Assembly (NCBI GenBank): GCA_035361955.1
Contig: DAOSDC010000005.1
Location: 32,987 to 96,986 of the forward strand
DNA from: Bacilli bacterium
GTDB lineage: Bacteria > Bacillota_I > Bacilli_A > RFN20 > CAG-826
Direction of reading: 5' to 3'
Length of the DNA: 64,000 bases
Shown: piece after piece, positions 36,789-46,641 of the stretch
Layout of the letters: each line of letters starts with the position of its first letter
Numbering within the stretch: position 1 is the stretch's first letter
Notes under the pieces: model-generated
Told to the model about the DNA's origin: nothing
Database searches by the model: none
Seen by the model: the letters and a program-made list of their open reading frames with translations, nothing else
Position numbers and translations under genes: made by a program

Positions 36789-38087
36789 TTAGTCCTTCAG
36801 CATCCCGATGGGAATAACATAAATACCATCTTCTCTTTGATAGGCATATTCAGTTGCTGAAATAATGGCAAGAAAAGAAGGGGCTTCCATCTTATTCAAG
36901 TCAATTTTATTTGCAAAATTCTTTAGTTTTTCAGCCGCTTCATCGAATAAATGTGAGCCCATTTTTACTTCAAGCGCAGCCCATCTAGCATCATCTAATT
37001 GAATGATGGCGTCAATTTCCAAACCTGATTTATCTTTATATCGATACACTTCGCCACCCAAGACTTCCGCATAGATTCTTAAATCACGTATAACGAGCGC
37101 TTCAAAAAATAAGCCGAAAGTTTCAAAATCTTTTAGTAACTTCGAGCTTGTTAATTTAAGCATCGTTGCTCCAATCGAGGGATCAACGAAAAATCTTGCC
37201 GCCGTGCTTCTTATGACCGTCTTGCTTCTAAGATTTGGATTCCATGATTTCAAGTCTTCGATAATATATAACTTGTTTAAGACATCTAGATAATCAAGTA
37301 GTGTGTTTTCTGCTGTGGCTGTCTCAATTGCAGATAGGTCCGATAATATTTTTCGATTGGTTGTTTCAGATGCTGTATACCTAGCCAAAGATTCTAAGAT
37401 TTTTCTTGTTCTATTTTCGTTGTATTTTTTTGAAGTTACTTTATTGATATCCTCTTTTACCAACGCATCAATATATGATTGCATTCTTCTAATTGATTGT
37501 TGTTCTGTGTCATCGATACTTTCTGGCCATCCACCTTTTATAATCCACTTAGCATAGTCTGCTACGGTTAGATTGCTTTTTTTGTATGTGATTGCAACTT
37601 TTGAAAATAACGTCTTTAAAGATATGGCACCTGATGAAGCTCCTGTTTCATACAAACTCATCGGTCTAAGTGTTAAACGACTGATTCTTCCGGCGCCTGA
37701 ATGTGCCGTTTCATCTAGATTTGCCGCCGAAGATCCAGTTAAAACAAAAAAACCTCTCCCGTCCATATGATCTACTTCGTGTCTAATAACGTCCCATATT
37801 TCAGGAATTAGTTGCCATTCATCAATCAGTTTCGGGTATGGAGGCGACAAAAATTCATTTTTGTTCAATTGTAACATTGTCTTAAAATCATTTTTGTTTA
37901 ACGGAGTCAAAAAAATACTTGAGTTCGCAAATCGTTCAGATAATGTTGTCTTTCCACAAAACTTGGGTCCGACTATCGCTACAACTTTAAATGTATCGAG
38001 ATATTCCTTTAATGATTTTTCTAATAATCTGTATTTATACATATGATCTCCTGTTTTATTTAAGAATAGCACACTTAACCTAGACAT
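36789..38087 (-). CDS. AAA-family ATPase with C-terminal DUF4143 domain
   Basis: Walker A VAIVGPKFCGKTTL with the AAA_14/DUF4143 arrangement. The likely true start (MYKYRLLEK) is 15 codons in. Confidence 0.78.
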   Translation of the reverse strand: MSRLSVLFLNKTGDHMYKYRLLEKSLKEYLDTFKVVAIVGPKFCGKTTLSERFANSSIFLTPLNKNDFKTMLQLNKNEFLSPPYPKLIDEWQLIPEIWDVIRHEVDHMDGRGFFVLTGSSAANLDETAHSGAGRISRLTLRPMSLYETGASSGAISLKTLFSKVAITYKKSNLTVADYAKWIIKGGWPESIDDTEQQSIRRMQSYIDALVKEDINKVTSKKYNENRTRKILESLARYTASETTNRKILSDLSAIETATAENTLLDYLDVLNKLYIIEDLKSWNPNLRSKTVIRSTAARFFVDPSIGATMLKLTSSKLLKDFETFGLFFEALVIRDLRIYAEVLGGEVYRYKDKSGLEIDAIIQLDDARWAALEVKMGSHLFDEAAEKLKNFANKIDLNKMEAPSFLAIISATEYAYQREDGIYVIPIGMLKD

Positions 38088-38380
38088 CGGTTTAATATGA
38101 AGTTTTTGTCGTTTTATTTTTGATGTTTATGTCTTTATAATTATGATGTTTTTGTCATAATATGAAAGTGCAAAACATGTATGAAATTAATAACCGGTTA
38201 AATCGACAACAAAACATGTAGATAAAGATCCACTCGCATAACAGTATCTGAATTTCTCATTAAAATAAGTACTGAATTATATTGAGTTGCACGAATTGAC
38301 TCAAGGCTAAAAGGTAAATAGCATACTTAAAAATAATAGTCTCATATAAAAAATCTAATCGAATCAGTTCTTATCTAATA

Positions 38381-38725
38381 CTACTTCGAATGGGTTTTAA
38401 ATCCTTTGACATAGTCGATGGGTACCGAGAAAATGATACCTGAATCGGGACCTTCAAGCGAACCGACGACGCTTTCGATGACCTTGGTGATTATTTCTAA
38501 CTGTTCATCTTTAGCGACGAATAGCAACGTCTTCGTTTGGCGATTATTTGAATTAAATAAACTTCTTAGCGAACCAAAAATTGAAAACTCGTCGACCTCG
38601 GCTAGTTCGCGACCCATGCCGGAACTGTCGATGATTGTGGCTCCCGACACTTTGCTATCGGCTAATTTGGTAAGTAACATTTGTAATAGTTCGACCTTGA
38701 TCAGAACATATACGATTAATTTCAT
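38381..38725 (-). CDS. P-II-like signalling protein (nitrogen regulatory P-II superfamily)
   Basis: 114 aa: MKLIVYVLIKVELLQMLLTKLADSKVSGATIIDSSGMGRE resembles the GlnB-like beta-alpha-beta fold pattern. Directly downstream of a cation/proton antiporter. Confidence 0.55.
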   Translation of the reverse strand: MKLIVYVLIKVELLQMLLTKLADSKVSGATIIDSSGMGRELAEVDEFSIFGSLRSLFNSNNRQTKTLLFVAKDEQLEIITKVIESVVGSLEGPDSGIIFSVPIDYVKGFKTHSK

Positions 38726-38751
38726 AGTGTGCTCCTTTATTTATTTTATCA

Positions 38752-40026
38752 TCACTTGTCTTTAACGGCTTCGCCGCTTTTGAATAACACGATTTTTAAT
38801 AAAATTGGTCCGAATATTTCGGAGATGAATACCGCGCCAATGATAACCGCGCGAATCATCATTCCATTATAAGTAGCCATGGGACCAGTGGTGGCGACTG
38901 GCAAAATGTCCATCATCAATAGACTAAGCCCCAAGGCAATGCCTCCTTGAGGCAAAAGTCCGAATCCAGCGTATTTTTTCACGACCTCAGGTGCTTTTGA
39001 TACACGGGCGCCAAGATAGGTTCCAAAAATCTTTCCGGCGATACGCGTGATTAAATAGACGATTAAAACAATTAACGCCATCAAAGACAATGATTCGATT
39101 TTTAAGTCGATACCGCTCATGACAAAGAAAATGATAACGATTGGCGGCGTCACTCTTTCAATCAAAGGCACGACCGTATCGACCGCGCGCGAGAAATTGG
39201 TAAACACCGCGCCAAAGGCCATCGCCATCATCAGCGATGAGAGTCCGATATCGAGTTGATATGTGAAAAACCGGGCCACGGCGATCATTAAAAATAGCAT
39301 AGCCACGATAATCGAGGTGCGATTGCCCCTTCCAGTAAACCATTTCATCAATAAAACGTTGATAAAACCAAGCAGGCCACCAATCAAAATAGAAGCCCCG
39401 ATCTCAATAAACGGCATCGCTAGCGCTAAACCGATGTTGACTTCATGGGTGCCCGTCATCAATCTGATAATCGACACGGCGATGCCAAAAAATATCAAAC
39501 CAGCGGCATCGTCAATGGCGACAACCGACAAAATCGTTTGGGCCAGCGGACCGCGAGCTCGGTATTGACGGATAACCAAAATCGTTGCCGCGGGTGCCGT
39601 CGCGCCACCAATCGCGCCCATCGCCAAAGCGAAATAAAGCGGGAAGCCCACCGCCCATAATCCAAGCGTGATGAAAACCACCGCAAAGAAAGCCTCCATG
39701 AAGGCAATCACCACCGGAGCAGGTCCAAGCTTTTTGAAATATTCGAGTTTAAATTCGGTTCCAATCGAAAAAGCAATGAAGGCCAACTCGATGTCGGCAA
39801 TGATTTTAATCGTCTCGACATACTTGTAACCGATGATGCCGGGAAAGTCGGGAAATATCATCGAGATAATGCCAGGACCGATTAAAACGCCACCTAGAAT
39901 GTATCCAGTGACGTTAGGTATATTCAGCTTTTTAGAGATCTTCCCGAATAATAATCCGGTGAAGAGTATGACCGCCAGTCCAAGCAGGAGAAAGTGGTCG
40001 TTTTCGTGTAAAAGTTCGGAAATCAT
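38752..40026 (-). CDS. Cation:proton antiporter (CPA/Na+-H+ exchanger family)
   Basis: 424 aa with 11-12 TM helices. The N-terminal LLLGLAVILFTGLLFGKISKKLNIPNVTGYILGGVLIGP is typical of the Na_H_Exchanger family. Confidence 0.72.
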   Translation of the reverse strand: MISELLHENDHFLLLGLAVILFTGLLFGKISKKLNIPNVTGYILGGVLIGPGIISMIFPDFPGIIGYKYVETIKIIADIELAFIAFSIGTEFKLEYFKKLGPAPVVIAFMEAFFAVVFITLGLWAVGFPLYFALAMGAIGGATAPAATILVIRQYRARGPLAQTILSVVAIDDAAGLIFFGIAVSIIRLMTGTHEVNIGLALAMPFIEIGASILIGGLLGFINVLLMKWFTGRGNRTSIIVAMLFLMIAVARFFTYQLDIGLSSLMMAMAFGAVFTNFSRAVDTVVPLIERVTPPIVIIFFVMSGIDLKIESLSLMALIVLIVYLITRIAGKIFGTYLGARVSKAPEVVKKYAGFGLLPQGGIALGLSLLMMDILPVATTGPMATYNGMMIRAVIIGAVFISEIFGPILLKIVLFKSGEAVKDK

Positions 40027-40163
40027 AATATCAACTAGTCGCTCCTGAATTCATTATTCTAATCTTTATTTTCTATAAAGCAATCGAAATTAAACACAAG
40101 ATGATAAAAGACACTCAATCGATGATAAGGTCAGGAAATACACGAAAAAACTAACCTATGTCC

Positions 40164-40397
40164 CTATTTTTTAATCAAGGTGATGATTTCTAGAGGGGTT
40201 AATACTTTACCTGCTGAAACGATTTTGCCATCGATGATGACCGCTGGGGTGCGCATTACGCCTAGCGTCGCCATTTGGGCGTAATCGGTCACGTAATCAA
40301 CTGTAGCCGCGATGTTCGTTTCTGCTATCGCTTGCTTGACATTTTCCAACAACTTCTTACAATTGGCGCATCCGCCGCCGACTACTTTGATGTTCAT
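40164..40397 (-). CDS. Small thioredoxin-fold protein (redox-active disulfide protein 2-like, CxxC)
   Basis: 77 aa with GGGCANCKKL. Conserved partner of DUF318 permeases. Confidence 0.72.
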   Translation of the reverse strand: MNIKVVGGGCANCKKLLENVKQAIAETNIAATVDYVTDYAQMATLGVMRTPAVIIDGKIVSAGKVLTPLEIITLIKK

Positions 40398-40409
40398 AGC
40401 ATCGCTCCT

Positions 40410-41429
40410 TTAAATAAAGATAAATCCGAATATGTCAAATAAATAACCCATGACCAAAATGCCGATGACAACGATGGCCACGAATGTCAGCAACAATTCC
40501 TTCTTGATGACTTTTTTTAACATAATCAATGATGGTAGTGACAAAGCGGTAACCGCCATCATGAAGGCCAGCACCGTGCCAACGCCGACGCCTTTACCCA
40601 CCAAAGCTTCGGCAATCGGAAGCGTCCCAAAGATATCGGCATACATGGGAATGCCAATGATCGTGGCAATAACAACCGAGAATGGATTGCGGCTGCCAAG
40701 TACGGCTTCAATTAACGTCTGCGGGATAAATCCATGAATTATCGCGCCGATGCCAACGCCGATGAGTATGTATATCCACACTTTCTTAATGATGAGCAAC
40801 ACTTGTTCAACGGCATACGCGGCGCGCTGTTTGAACCGAAGTTTCGTTTCATCTTGGTCGCCATTGATTGGCATACTATTCGAATCTGGCAAAGCGAATG
40901 ACTCGACATAGCGCTCCATTTTAAGCGAGCCGATAATCGTGCCACCGATCACCGCGATTAGTAAACCGACAATCACGTAAGCGAGGGCAATACGCCAATT
41001 AAAAACGCTGGCTAATAGCACGACTGACGCCAAATCGACAAGAGGCGAAGAAATGAGAAATGAGAATGTGACGCCAAGTGGCAAGCCAGCCTTGGTGAAG
41101 CCAATGAAAATCGGAATTGACGAGCATGAGCAAAATGGGGTGACGGTGCCTAGTAGTGCGCCAATGATATTCGCCCATATGCCACGGAAGCGTCCTAATA
41201 TTTTTCTGGTGCGTTCGGGCGAAAAGTACGATTGGATATATGAGGAAATGAATATCAAAATTGAAAGTAGTAAAAAAATCTTAATGACATCATAGATAAA
41301 AAACGTCAAGGCGCTAAATGTCATGCTTGAAGGATCGAGGCCGAAAACAGTTTCAAACAACCATTTGATTAAATCATCGAGCCATTTGAGTTTAAAGATG
41401 TTGTCGTTAATCCATTCAAAAACGATCAT
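40410..41429 (-). CDS. DUF318/ArsP-like permease
   Basis: 339 aa, multi-TM, with a CSCSSIP motif. Adjacent to the thioredoxin-like gene. Confidence 0.72.
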   Translation of the reverse strand: MIVFEWINDNIFKLKWLDDLIKWLFETVFGLDPSSMTFSALTFFIYDVIKIFLLLSILIFISSYIQSYFSPERTRKILGRFRGIWANIIGALLGTVTPFCSCSSIPIFIGFTKAGLPLGVTFSFLISSPLVDLASVVLLASVFNWRIALAYVIVGLLIAVIGGTIIGSLKMERYVESFALPDSNSMPINGDQDETKLRFKQRAAYAVEQVLLIIKKVWIYILIGVGIGAIIHGFIPQTLIEAVLGSRNPFSVVIATIIGIPMYADIFGTLPIAEALVGKGVGVGTVLAFMMAVTALSLPSLIMLKKVIKKELLLTFVAIVVIGILVMGYLFDIFGFIFI

Positions 41430-41517
41430 GTTTGCCTATTTCCTTAATCAATGTATGACAAACGTATGATAAATACAAATGAAGCTGTCTTTTTCCGATT
41501 AATCTTGAATGGTTGCG

Positions 41518-41946
41518 TTATTCGGAATACGTAAGTTCTGTTAACGGCTCCAAATATTTTCTTGTTTCGTCTTTGGTTAAAATGCCAAACAGGAATTCAA
41601 TCGTTTCAATCACATTAGCTTCAACGATGGCATCGACGATGGGGTGCTTGAATGTAAGGAAGCCACCTTCATTAACATACGCTTTAAACCAGTGCACGCC
41701 TTCATTAAAGGCATTGATGCGCAGCAGCACTTCCGTCGCCAACTCGATTTTGTCAAACACGAACGTGACAGCACATGAGCCTGATTCAAACGCGATAATC
41801 CGTAGAAATACGCCGTCGTCGATGTCGCGTATCTTGATGTTGCATTTGGCGACAAGCGAATCGCCGTCTTCTTCAAACCGCGGTTCAAATTCATATTTCG
41901 TCTTGAGTAACTTTTCTAGTTCTTTTCTTAAAACATCGAGTCTCAT
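41518..41946 (-). CDS. Hypothetical cytoplasmic protein, possibly YbjN-like
   Basis: 142 aa, acidic, alpha/beta pattern. Assignment is weak. Confidence 0.35.
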   Translation of the reverse strand: MRLDVLRKELEKLLKTKYEFEPRFEEDGDSLVAKCNIKIRDIDDGVFLRIIAFESGSCAVTFVFDKIELATEVLLRINAFNEGVHWFKAYVNEGGFLTFKHPIVDAIVEANVIETIEFLFGILTKDETRKYLEPLTELTYSE

Positions 41947-42001
41947 AATCGATTCCTTTCATGGTAACAGCCGATTAAAAAGCTTATAGGCTCATTATTC
42001 C

Positions 42002-42032
42002 AAACAAAAAGCCATCCGTAAAGGGATGGCTT
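42002..42032 (-). terminator. Rho-independent terminator downstream of the LemA gene
   Basis: On the minus strand: AAGCCATCC-ctttac-GGATGGCTT followed by TTTTGTTT. Confidence 0.6.
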
Positions 42033-42059
42033 CGGCGTAATTTCTAAAAATCTTCGTTA

Positions 42060-42725
42060 TTAGAAGAATTTGCCACGCGCTTGTTGTTTCATTTCGGCGC
42101 TGGTCGTAAATGGAATCCGCGTATGATAGCCGGCTTTGGAAGCGACGATCATCTTGGTCGGCCATGAGAAAATATCGCTGTTCCATTTTAAGACGGTATC
42201 GTTGTAGACTTCGCGAGCCGCGGTGATTTCCCGTTGCAGATAGCTATTTTGCTGCATCGCATCGGCAAGGGCGCGGTGGGCTTTCAAATCGGGGTAAGCT
42301 TCAAACGCGATATTGATTTTGCGCATCGCGGAATCGACTTCGCCTGCCATTTGGTTACGGGTTTCTTCACTAGGATGGACGCCTCCGCGTAAGGCGGCGA
42401 CGGTTTTCATCACGTCTTTGTCAAGATCGATTGATTTCTCAACGATGCCAACGACGTTTTGTAAAATGACGACGCGCTGTTCGATATAGTTATCGATTTG
42501 CGAGGCGTTGCTTTGCAGCCGTTGCTGCAGTTTTCTGAAGTAGTTACGGGCATTGATCTTCATGAATAGGAACACAAGTCCGGGGATGATGCCCAGCACC
42601 CATAAAGCGATTTCGAAAATGAGCGAGCCGACGCCGACTTTCGCCGGGAGCTGCTTTTCGATGACGTTGATGTCGCGTCCTTCTTTGTTGACTGGTCCAG
42701 TCACTTCGTCTAGTTCGTTTGCCAT
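42060..42725 (-). CDS. LemA-family protein
   Basis: TM helix followed by the LemA domain (…YIEQRVVILQ…AYPDLKAHRALADAMQQNSYLQREITAAREVYNDTVLKWNSDIFSWP). Confidence 0.8.
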   Translation of the reverse strand: MANELDEVTGPVNKEGRDINVIEKQLPAKVGVGSLIFEIALWVLGIIPGLVFLFMKINARNYFRKLQQRLQSNASQIDNYIEQRVVILQNVVGIVEKSIDLDKDVMKTVAALRGGVHPSEETRNQMAGEVDSAMRKINIAFEAYPDLKAHRALADAMQQNSYLQREITAAREVYNDTVLKWNSDIFSWPTKMIVASKAGYHTRIPFTTSAEMKQQARGKFF

Positions 42726-42768
42726 TGATTTTCCTCCAATTATTTATTATAGGCCATTTTTGGCTCTA

Positions 42769-44586
42769 TTAACCATTGATATATGCGATGAATCCCGCCA
42801 TCATGAACAGCGATTTCTCATCGGCTTGACCTTTGCGCAATTGTTCGACCATATCCTTAACCTTGTCGTAGCGGGTCTTCTCTTTCTCCTCGGGCACGAC
42901 ATGGACATTCATGCTCGATTCTTTGCTGACGGGAATGTATTCGACCCAGTGGACGGGCACCATATGCGTACGACCATCGCCGCCGAGGCGGGCAATATAC
43001 TCGGTCCGATTGATCGTTTTATACCCGTATGAAGTAACGGTAACCGTATCGCAGAAATTTCCGCTTTTGACGATTGACGTCTTCAAGATGTTACGTGTGC
43101 CCGATAGCGGATGAATGAAGGCGCTGGCGTTCATGGAGTTGGCGACGCGTTCGTGTTCATAGAAACACACATAACTGTCGTACAAGTCTTTGTAAATGTA
43201 TTCATGCGGTTTTTGCTGTTGATATAGCGGGATTGCCAATAGTGGCGCTAGCGCAAAATACATGTCCTTTAAGAACCGGTCGTTATAGGAGACGAACTTG
43301 ATGCGCATCGCTTCCAGGTCATAACCATAAAAATATCCGGCGACATCATTGAGATTGGCGGTTAAAAGATGCTCAGGGATCACGGTGTTGATCATCTTGT
43401 ATTTAATGAAATCAAAATTATCGCCATACCCAATCGTCTTATCTTTCATTAAATGGAGCAACTGCTTTTGAGCAAGTGGCGTAAACAGTAATCGAAACTG
43501 CGTTTCGTGGTTGCGGTCGCGCGCACCAAACAGCACTTCAAATTCAGAGTTGGCCATGACAGTGTAGTTGGTGCCTTTGGCAATGCTTTTTTCGGCTTTG
43601 CGGTTAAGTTTCTTAATGTCGCGATCGACCTTGCGTTCGATTTGTTTCTCACTCATTTTTTCGGCATCGGAATCCTGCCGGTGGAAAATCAAATCCGGCG
43701 CGGCTTCGTTTCCATAAACGACATAAGGCTGTTCGTGGTAATACGGGCATGGCTTTTCAAGCGATGCCGTTAATACTTGGCTATGATATTGGGTCACCCA
43801 TTGTCCGTTGACGCGGCGCTGGGTCGTCCAGGTGATGGTGATTGAACCGGTGTAGACTTTCGTGCCCAGCCGATGGACTAAATCGCGGCCAACGTAAAAC
43901 GGGTTGCCGTTAATTTCTCCCGATTTAATGAATAGCGCCGATCGGTTGATGTCGTTATTGTTGCCAAGACCGAATTTGCCGACTAGATAGTCATAACGTT
44001 TGCTATCAAACATCGGATCAATTCTAATCAGGGGAATCGTCTTGCGCATCAGCTCGACCGCCATGCCATCGTAAAACAAATTGTTAAGGGGCGCCATTTG
44101 TTCGTAGGCGACGCGAACTAGTTCGTTGATCTCGGTTTCCAGCACGCGTATTTCTTCGGCCAACCGTTTGATGTGGGGGTTGACGACTTTGATTAGCAGG
44201 ACAATCGCCAGTATTAAGAAGATGGCACCACCGGCCATCATTAGGATTTGATAAAGTTCTAAAAGACCTCCGCTGATGGCCAGATAAAGGCCAACTCCTA
44301 ACGAAGCGATTGACAGGACGATTAGTATGATAAGAAAAACTTTTTGTGTTTGATATTTAGTCTTTTGCTTATTTGATGCGGCTTTTTTCGCTTCCAGCTT
44401 CTTGATTTCGGTAACCGTCTTCTTGTTCGCCTCGACATCTACTTGCGATTTAGCGACTAGCTCGTCAAAAAACTCTTCAGCGTTTTTGTGATGGGCGTCT
44501 TTATACCGACGCGCATATTCATCAAGCGGCTCGTAAATGTGTTCGGGTTCGGTATCGATGGTCGCCGTAATCGTGTTGTTATCCAA
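42769..44586 (-). CDS. Large membrane-anchored protein (605 aa) co-transcribed upstream of LemA; unknown function
   Basis: N-terminal cytoplasmic coiled segment, two TM helices (residues ~85-135), then a ~450-aa domain. A 43-nt gap separates it from lemA. Confidence 0.5.
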   Translation of the reverse strand: MDNNTITATIDTEPEHIYEPLDEYARRYKDAHHKNAEEFFDELVAKSQVDVEANKKTVTEIKKLEAKKAASNKQKTKYQTQKVFLIILIVLSIASLGVGLYLAISGGLLELYQILMMAGGAIFLILAIVLLIKVVNPHIKRLAEEIRVLETEINELVRVAYEQMAPLNNLFYDGMAVELMRKTIPLIRIDPMFDSKRYDYLVGKFGLGNNNDINRSALFIKSGEINGNPFYVGRDLVHRLGTKVYTGSITITWTTQRRVNGQWVTQYHSQVLTASLEKPCPYYHEQPYVVYGNEAAPDLIFHRQDSDAEKMSEKQIERKVDRDIKKLNRKAEKSIAKGTNYTVMANSEFEVLFGARDRNHETQFRLLFTPLAQKQLLHLMKDKTIGYGDNFDFIKYKMINTVIPEHLLTANLNDVAGYFYGYDLEAMRIKFVSYNDRFLKDMYFALAPLLAIPLYQQQKPHEYIYKDLYDSYVCFYEHERVANSMNASAFIHPLSGTRNILKTSIVKSGNFCDTVTVTSYGYKTINRTEYIARLGGDGRTHMVPVHWVEYIPVSKESSMNVHVVPEEKEKTRYDKVKDMVEQLRKGQADEKSLFMMAGFIAYING

Positions 44587-44728
44587 AATGCGGTCGCTCC
44601 TATCTTTTAATAATTATCGCGTGCGCGTATTAAGCATTTTTATATTAGCACTAACGTATGAAAAATATCACATTGCGGGGATTTTATGATTAACAATCGA
44701 GATTACAAGTAATCGTTAAAAAACCATA

Positions 44729-45682
44729 TCAGCCGTTGGTTGTCGGCTTCTTAATTCCCAAGGTATTTAAAAGTTGCGAGTATTTGTCTTGTCCGGTTAA
44801 GCATGTATCAAGCAAATATCCACGTTGCTCGGGCCATTTATTCAGACCTCGATAATAAAACAACTTTAAATCTTCATCAATCGTGAATGGAATGTATCCG
44901 TGACGTAAACATTCTTTAAAAGCAATCAGTCGACCTACGCGACCGTTGCCGTCTTGGAATGGGTGAATGCTTTCAAACTGGTAATGGAAGGCAATGATAT
45001 CTTCGAATGATTGGAGTCGATTATGTTCGTATTTGGCAATGAGGTCCGCCATTGCTTTAGCAACGTTTTTTGGCTGGGTCGTTTCATTGCCGCCGACGGC
45101 ATTTGGTAGTTTTTTGTAATCCCCGACTGCAAACCAATCTAACTTAGCATCGCTTGTTCCTGTTTTTAAGATTTTGTGGAGATCTTTAATTAGCATTTCG
45201 CTCAATGGTTCAAGCGCGGTCTTTATCATGTAATCGATGCAACGAAAATGATTTGTTGCCTCGACAATATCATCAATGTTAACAACAGATTTCTCGTCGC
45301 CACTGATTGTGTTGGTTTCAAAAATGTATCTTGTTTGCTCATAACTTAATCGACTGCCTTCAATATGATTCGAATTAAAAGTAAGTAAAATCTGTGTTTC
45401 GTGATAGAGACCGCCTTTAATGCGATGGTTCATCTCTTCGAGCAAACGCGCATATAAATAAAAAGGAGGTTTAGTGTTTTTAAATCTAATGATTTCGTCA
45501 ATTGTTACATTAAAATAGCGACTAATAGCTTCAATCGTTTTTAAGGATACGTATTCATCTCGGCCAAACTTTGCCACTGTGGCAGTAGAAAGCCGCAACT
45601 CCTTGGTCATTTGAGTTAAACTTAATTTTCTCGAATCGAGAAGTTCGAATAATCCTGAGTAATCAATCGCCACTATCATCAC
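44729..45682 (-). CDS. Fic-family protein with N-terminal XRE-type HTH
   Basis: Fic motif HPFQDGNGRVGRL. N-terminal HTH (LSLTQMTKELRLSTATVAKFGRDEYVSLKTIEAISRYFNVTIDEII). Confidence 0.85.
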   Translation of the reverse strand: MMIVAIDYSGLFELLDSRKLSLTQMTKELRLSTATVAKFGRDEYVSLKTIEAISRYFNVTIDEIIRFKNTKPPFYLYARLLEEMNHRIKGGLYHETQILLTFNSNHIEGSRLSYEQTRYIFETNTISGDEKSVVNIDDIVEATNHFRCIDYMIKTALEPLSEMLIKDLHKILKTGTSDAKLDWFAVGDYKKLPNAVGGNETTQPKNVAKAMADLIAKYEHNRLQSFEDIIAFHYQFESIHPFQDGNGRVGRLIAFKECLRHGYIPFTIDEDLKLFYYRGLNKWPEQRGYLLDTCLTGQDKYSQLLNTLGIKKPTTNG

Positions 45683-45703
45683 CTCAAGAATATTATAATA
45701 TAC

Positions 45704-45752
45704 ATCTTTAGTTATCTAAAGCTCTTTATACTATATCTTTAGTTATCTAAAG
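45704..45752. promoter_or_regulatory. Two direct copies (31-nt spacing) of an 18-22-nt element containing the inverted repeat CTTTAG-N4-CTAAAG, overlapping the Fic promoter (-10 TATAAT)
   Basis: ATCTTTAGTTATCTAAAG at 45704-45721 and again at 45735-45752. Immediately upstream of the HTH-Fic start. Confidence 0.5.
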
Positions 45753-45844
45753 TTTTTAATAACTTATATTTAGTTTTGTAAAGAAATATCAAGGAAAAAC
45801 GAACGAATGCCATTCGTCCGTCTTGATATATCCTAGGGCCAAGA

Positions 45845-46024
45845 TTAAATGTTTGGTTCCCATTTACAGCGAACTTTGGAAACGATTTTTTCCTCGCGCT
45901 TGAGTGCTTTAAACGCTTTGTCAACTTCCTTAGCATCAAGCTTTGTTACGGCTTCGACTTCCTTTTGCGACAGTGGATGTCCGGCTTCTTTTAATGCTTT
46001 CAATACTAATTCTTGGTGATCCAT
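45845..46024 (-). CDS. Unannotated small protein (59 aa), winged-helix-like
   Basis: Minus-strand ORF MDHQELVLKALKEAGHPLSQKEVEAVTKLDAKEVDKAFKALKREEKIVSKVRCKWEPNI with a GGAGG RBS 7 nt upstream. Missing from the ORF track (under 60 aa). Overlaps the spurious ORF 45739..45939. Confidence 0.5.
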   Translation of the reverse strand: MDHQELVLKALKEAGHPLSQKEVEAVTKLDAKEVDKAFKALKREEKIVSKVRCKWEPNI

Positions 46025-46056
46025 TATATGTCCTCCGTTGTCATATTGGCGTGTTT

Positions 46057-46638
46057 CTACAAACCTGGTAGCGCGAGTCCTTCTTTGATGCGCTCAACCG
46101 AACTAGCAATGCGTTTTTGTTTAGTTGCCTCGGTTTTAGCGCTAGCAATAAATCCAAGATATGCTCGTTTTGACGAATTGCCCATCGCCCTGAAATTGTC
46201 TAATAGCCCATGTTTTTCAAGCGTTTGAAAGAGCTCGTCTTCGATTTCCTTGCTGATAAGACTAGAGTTATCGTCTTGATAGCGACCATTTTTCTTTGCC
46301 CGGTCAATCGCTTCGTACCCCAGTTTGGTGATTTTGCCTTCTTGTTCTAGTTTCTCGATGATGCCACGGTTTTTTGCCGAGAAAAAACTAGTAGCTACCC
46401 TTGGTGCGAAATAGCGAATGTAAATATCTTCATCGATGCTTTTGACAATGCCGTCAATCCAACCGAAGCAAAGGGCTTCTTCGAGCGCTTCAGCATAGCT
46501 GATCGATGGAATCTTGCGCTTCTTGTGTCCAACAATCCAAATACCTTCATGGTCATCGGCATGCTTCGTCAACCAGTCACGAAAATCCTGGCGTGAAGCA
46601 AACTCAAACTTTTTAGCATTAGCTATTTTGCTCATCAA
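46057..46638 (-). CDS. YdeI/OmpD-associated (OmdA, bacteriocin-protection) family protein
   Basis: FASRQDFRDWLTKHADDHEGIWIVGHKK..IPSISYAEALEEALCFGWIDGIVKS..YIRYFAPR matches the PF13376 pattern. Confidence 0.68.
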   Translation of the reverse strand: MMSKIANAKKFEFASRQDFRDWLTKHADDHEGIWIVGHKKRKIPSISYAEALEEALCFGWIDGIVKSIDEDIYIRYFAPRVATSFFSAKNRGIIEKLEQEGKITKLGYEAIDRAKKNGRYQDDNSSLISKEIEDELFQTLEKHGLLDNFRAMGNSSKRAYLGFIASAKTEATKQKRIASSVERIKEGLALPGL

Positions 46639-46641
46639 GAC

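Noticed and set aside
45739-45939. ORF 45739..45939 (-), 66 aa
   Set aside because: It is out of frame with and overlaps the better-supported 59-aa ORF at 45845..46024, which has a GGAGG RBS. It also spans the operator repeats. Spurious.
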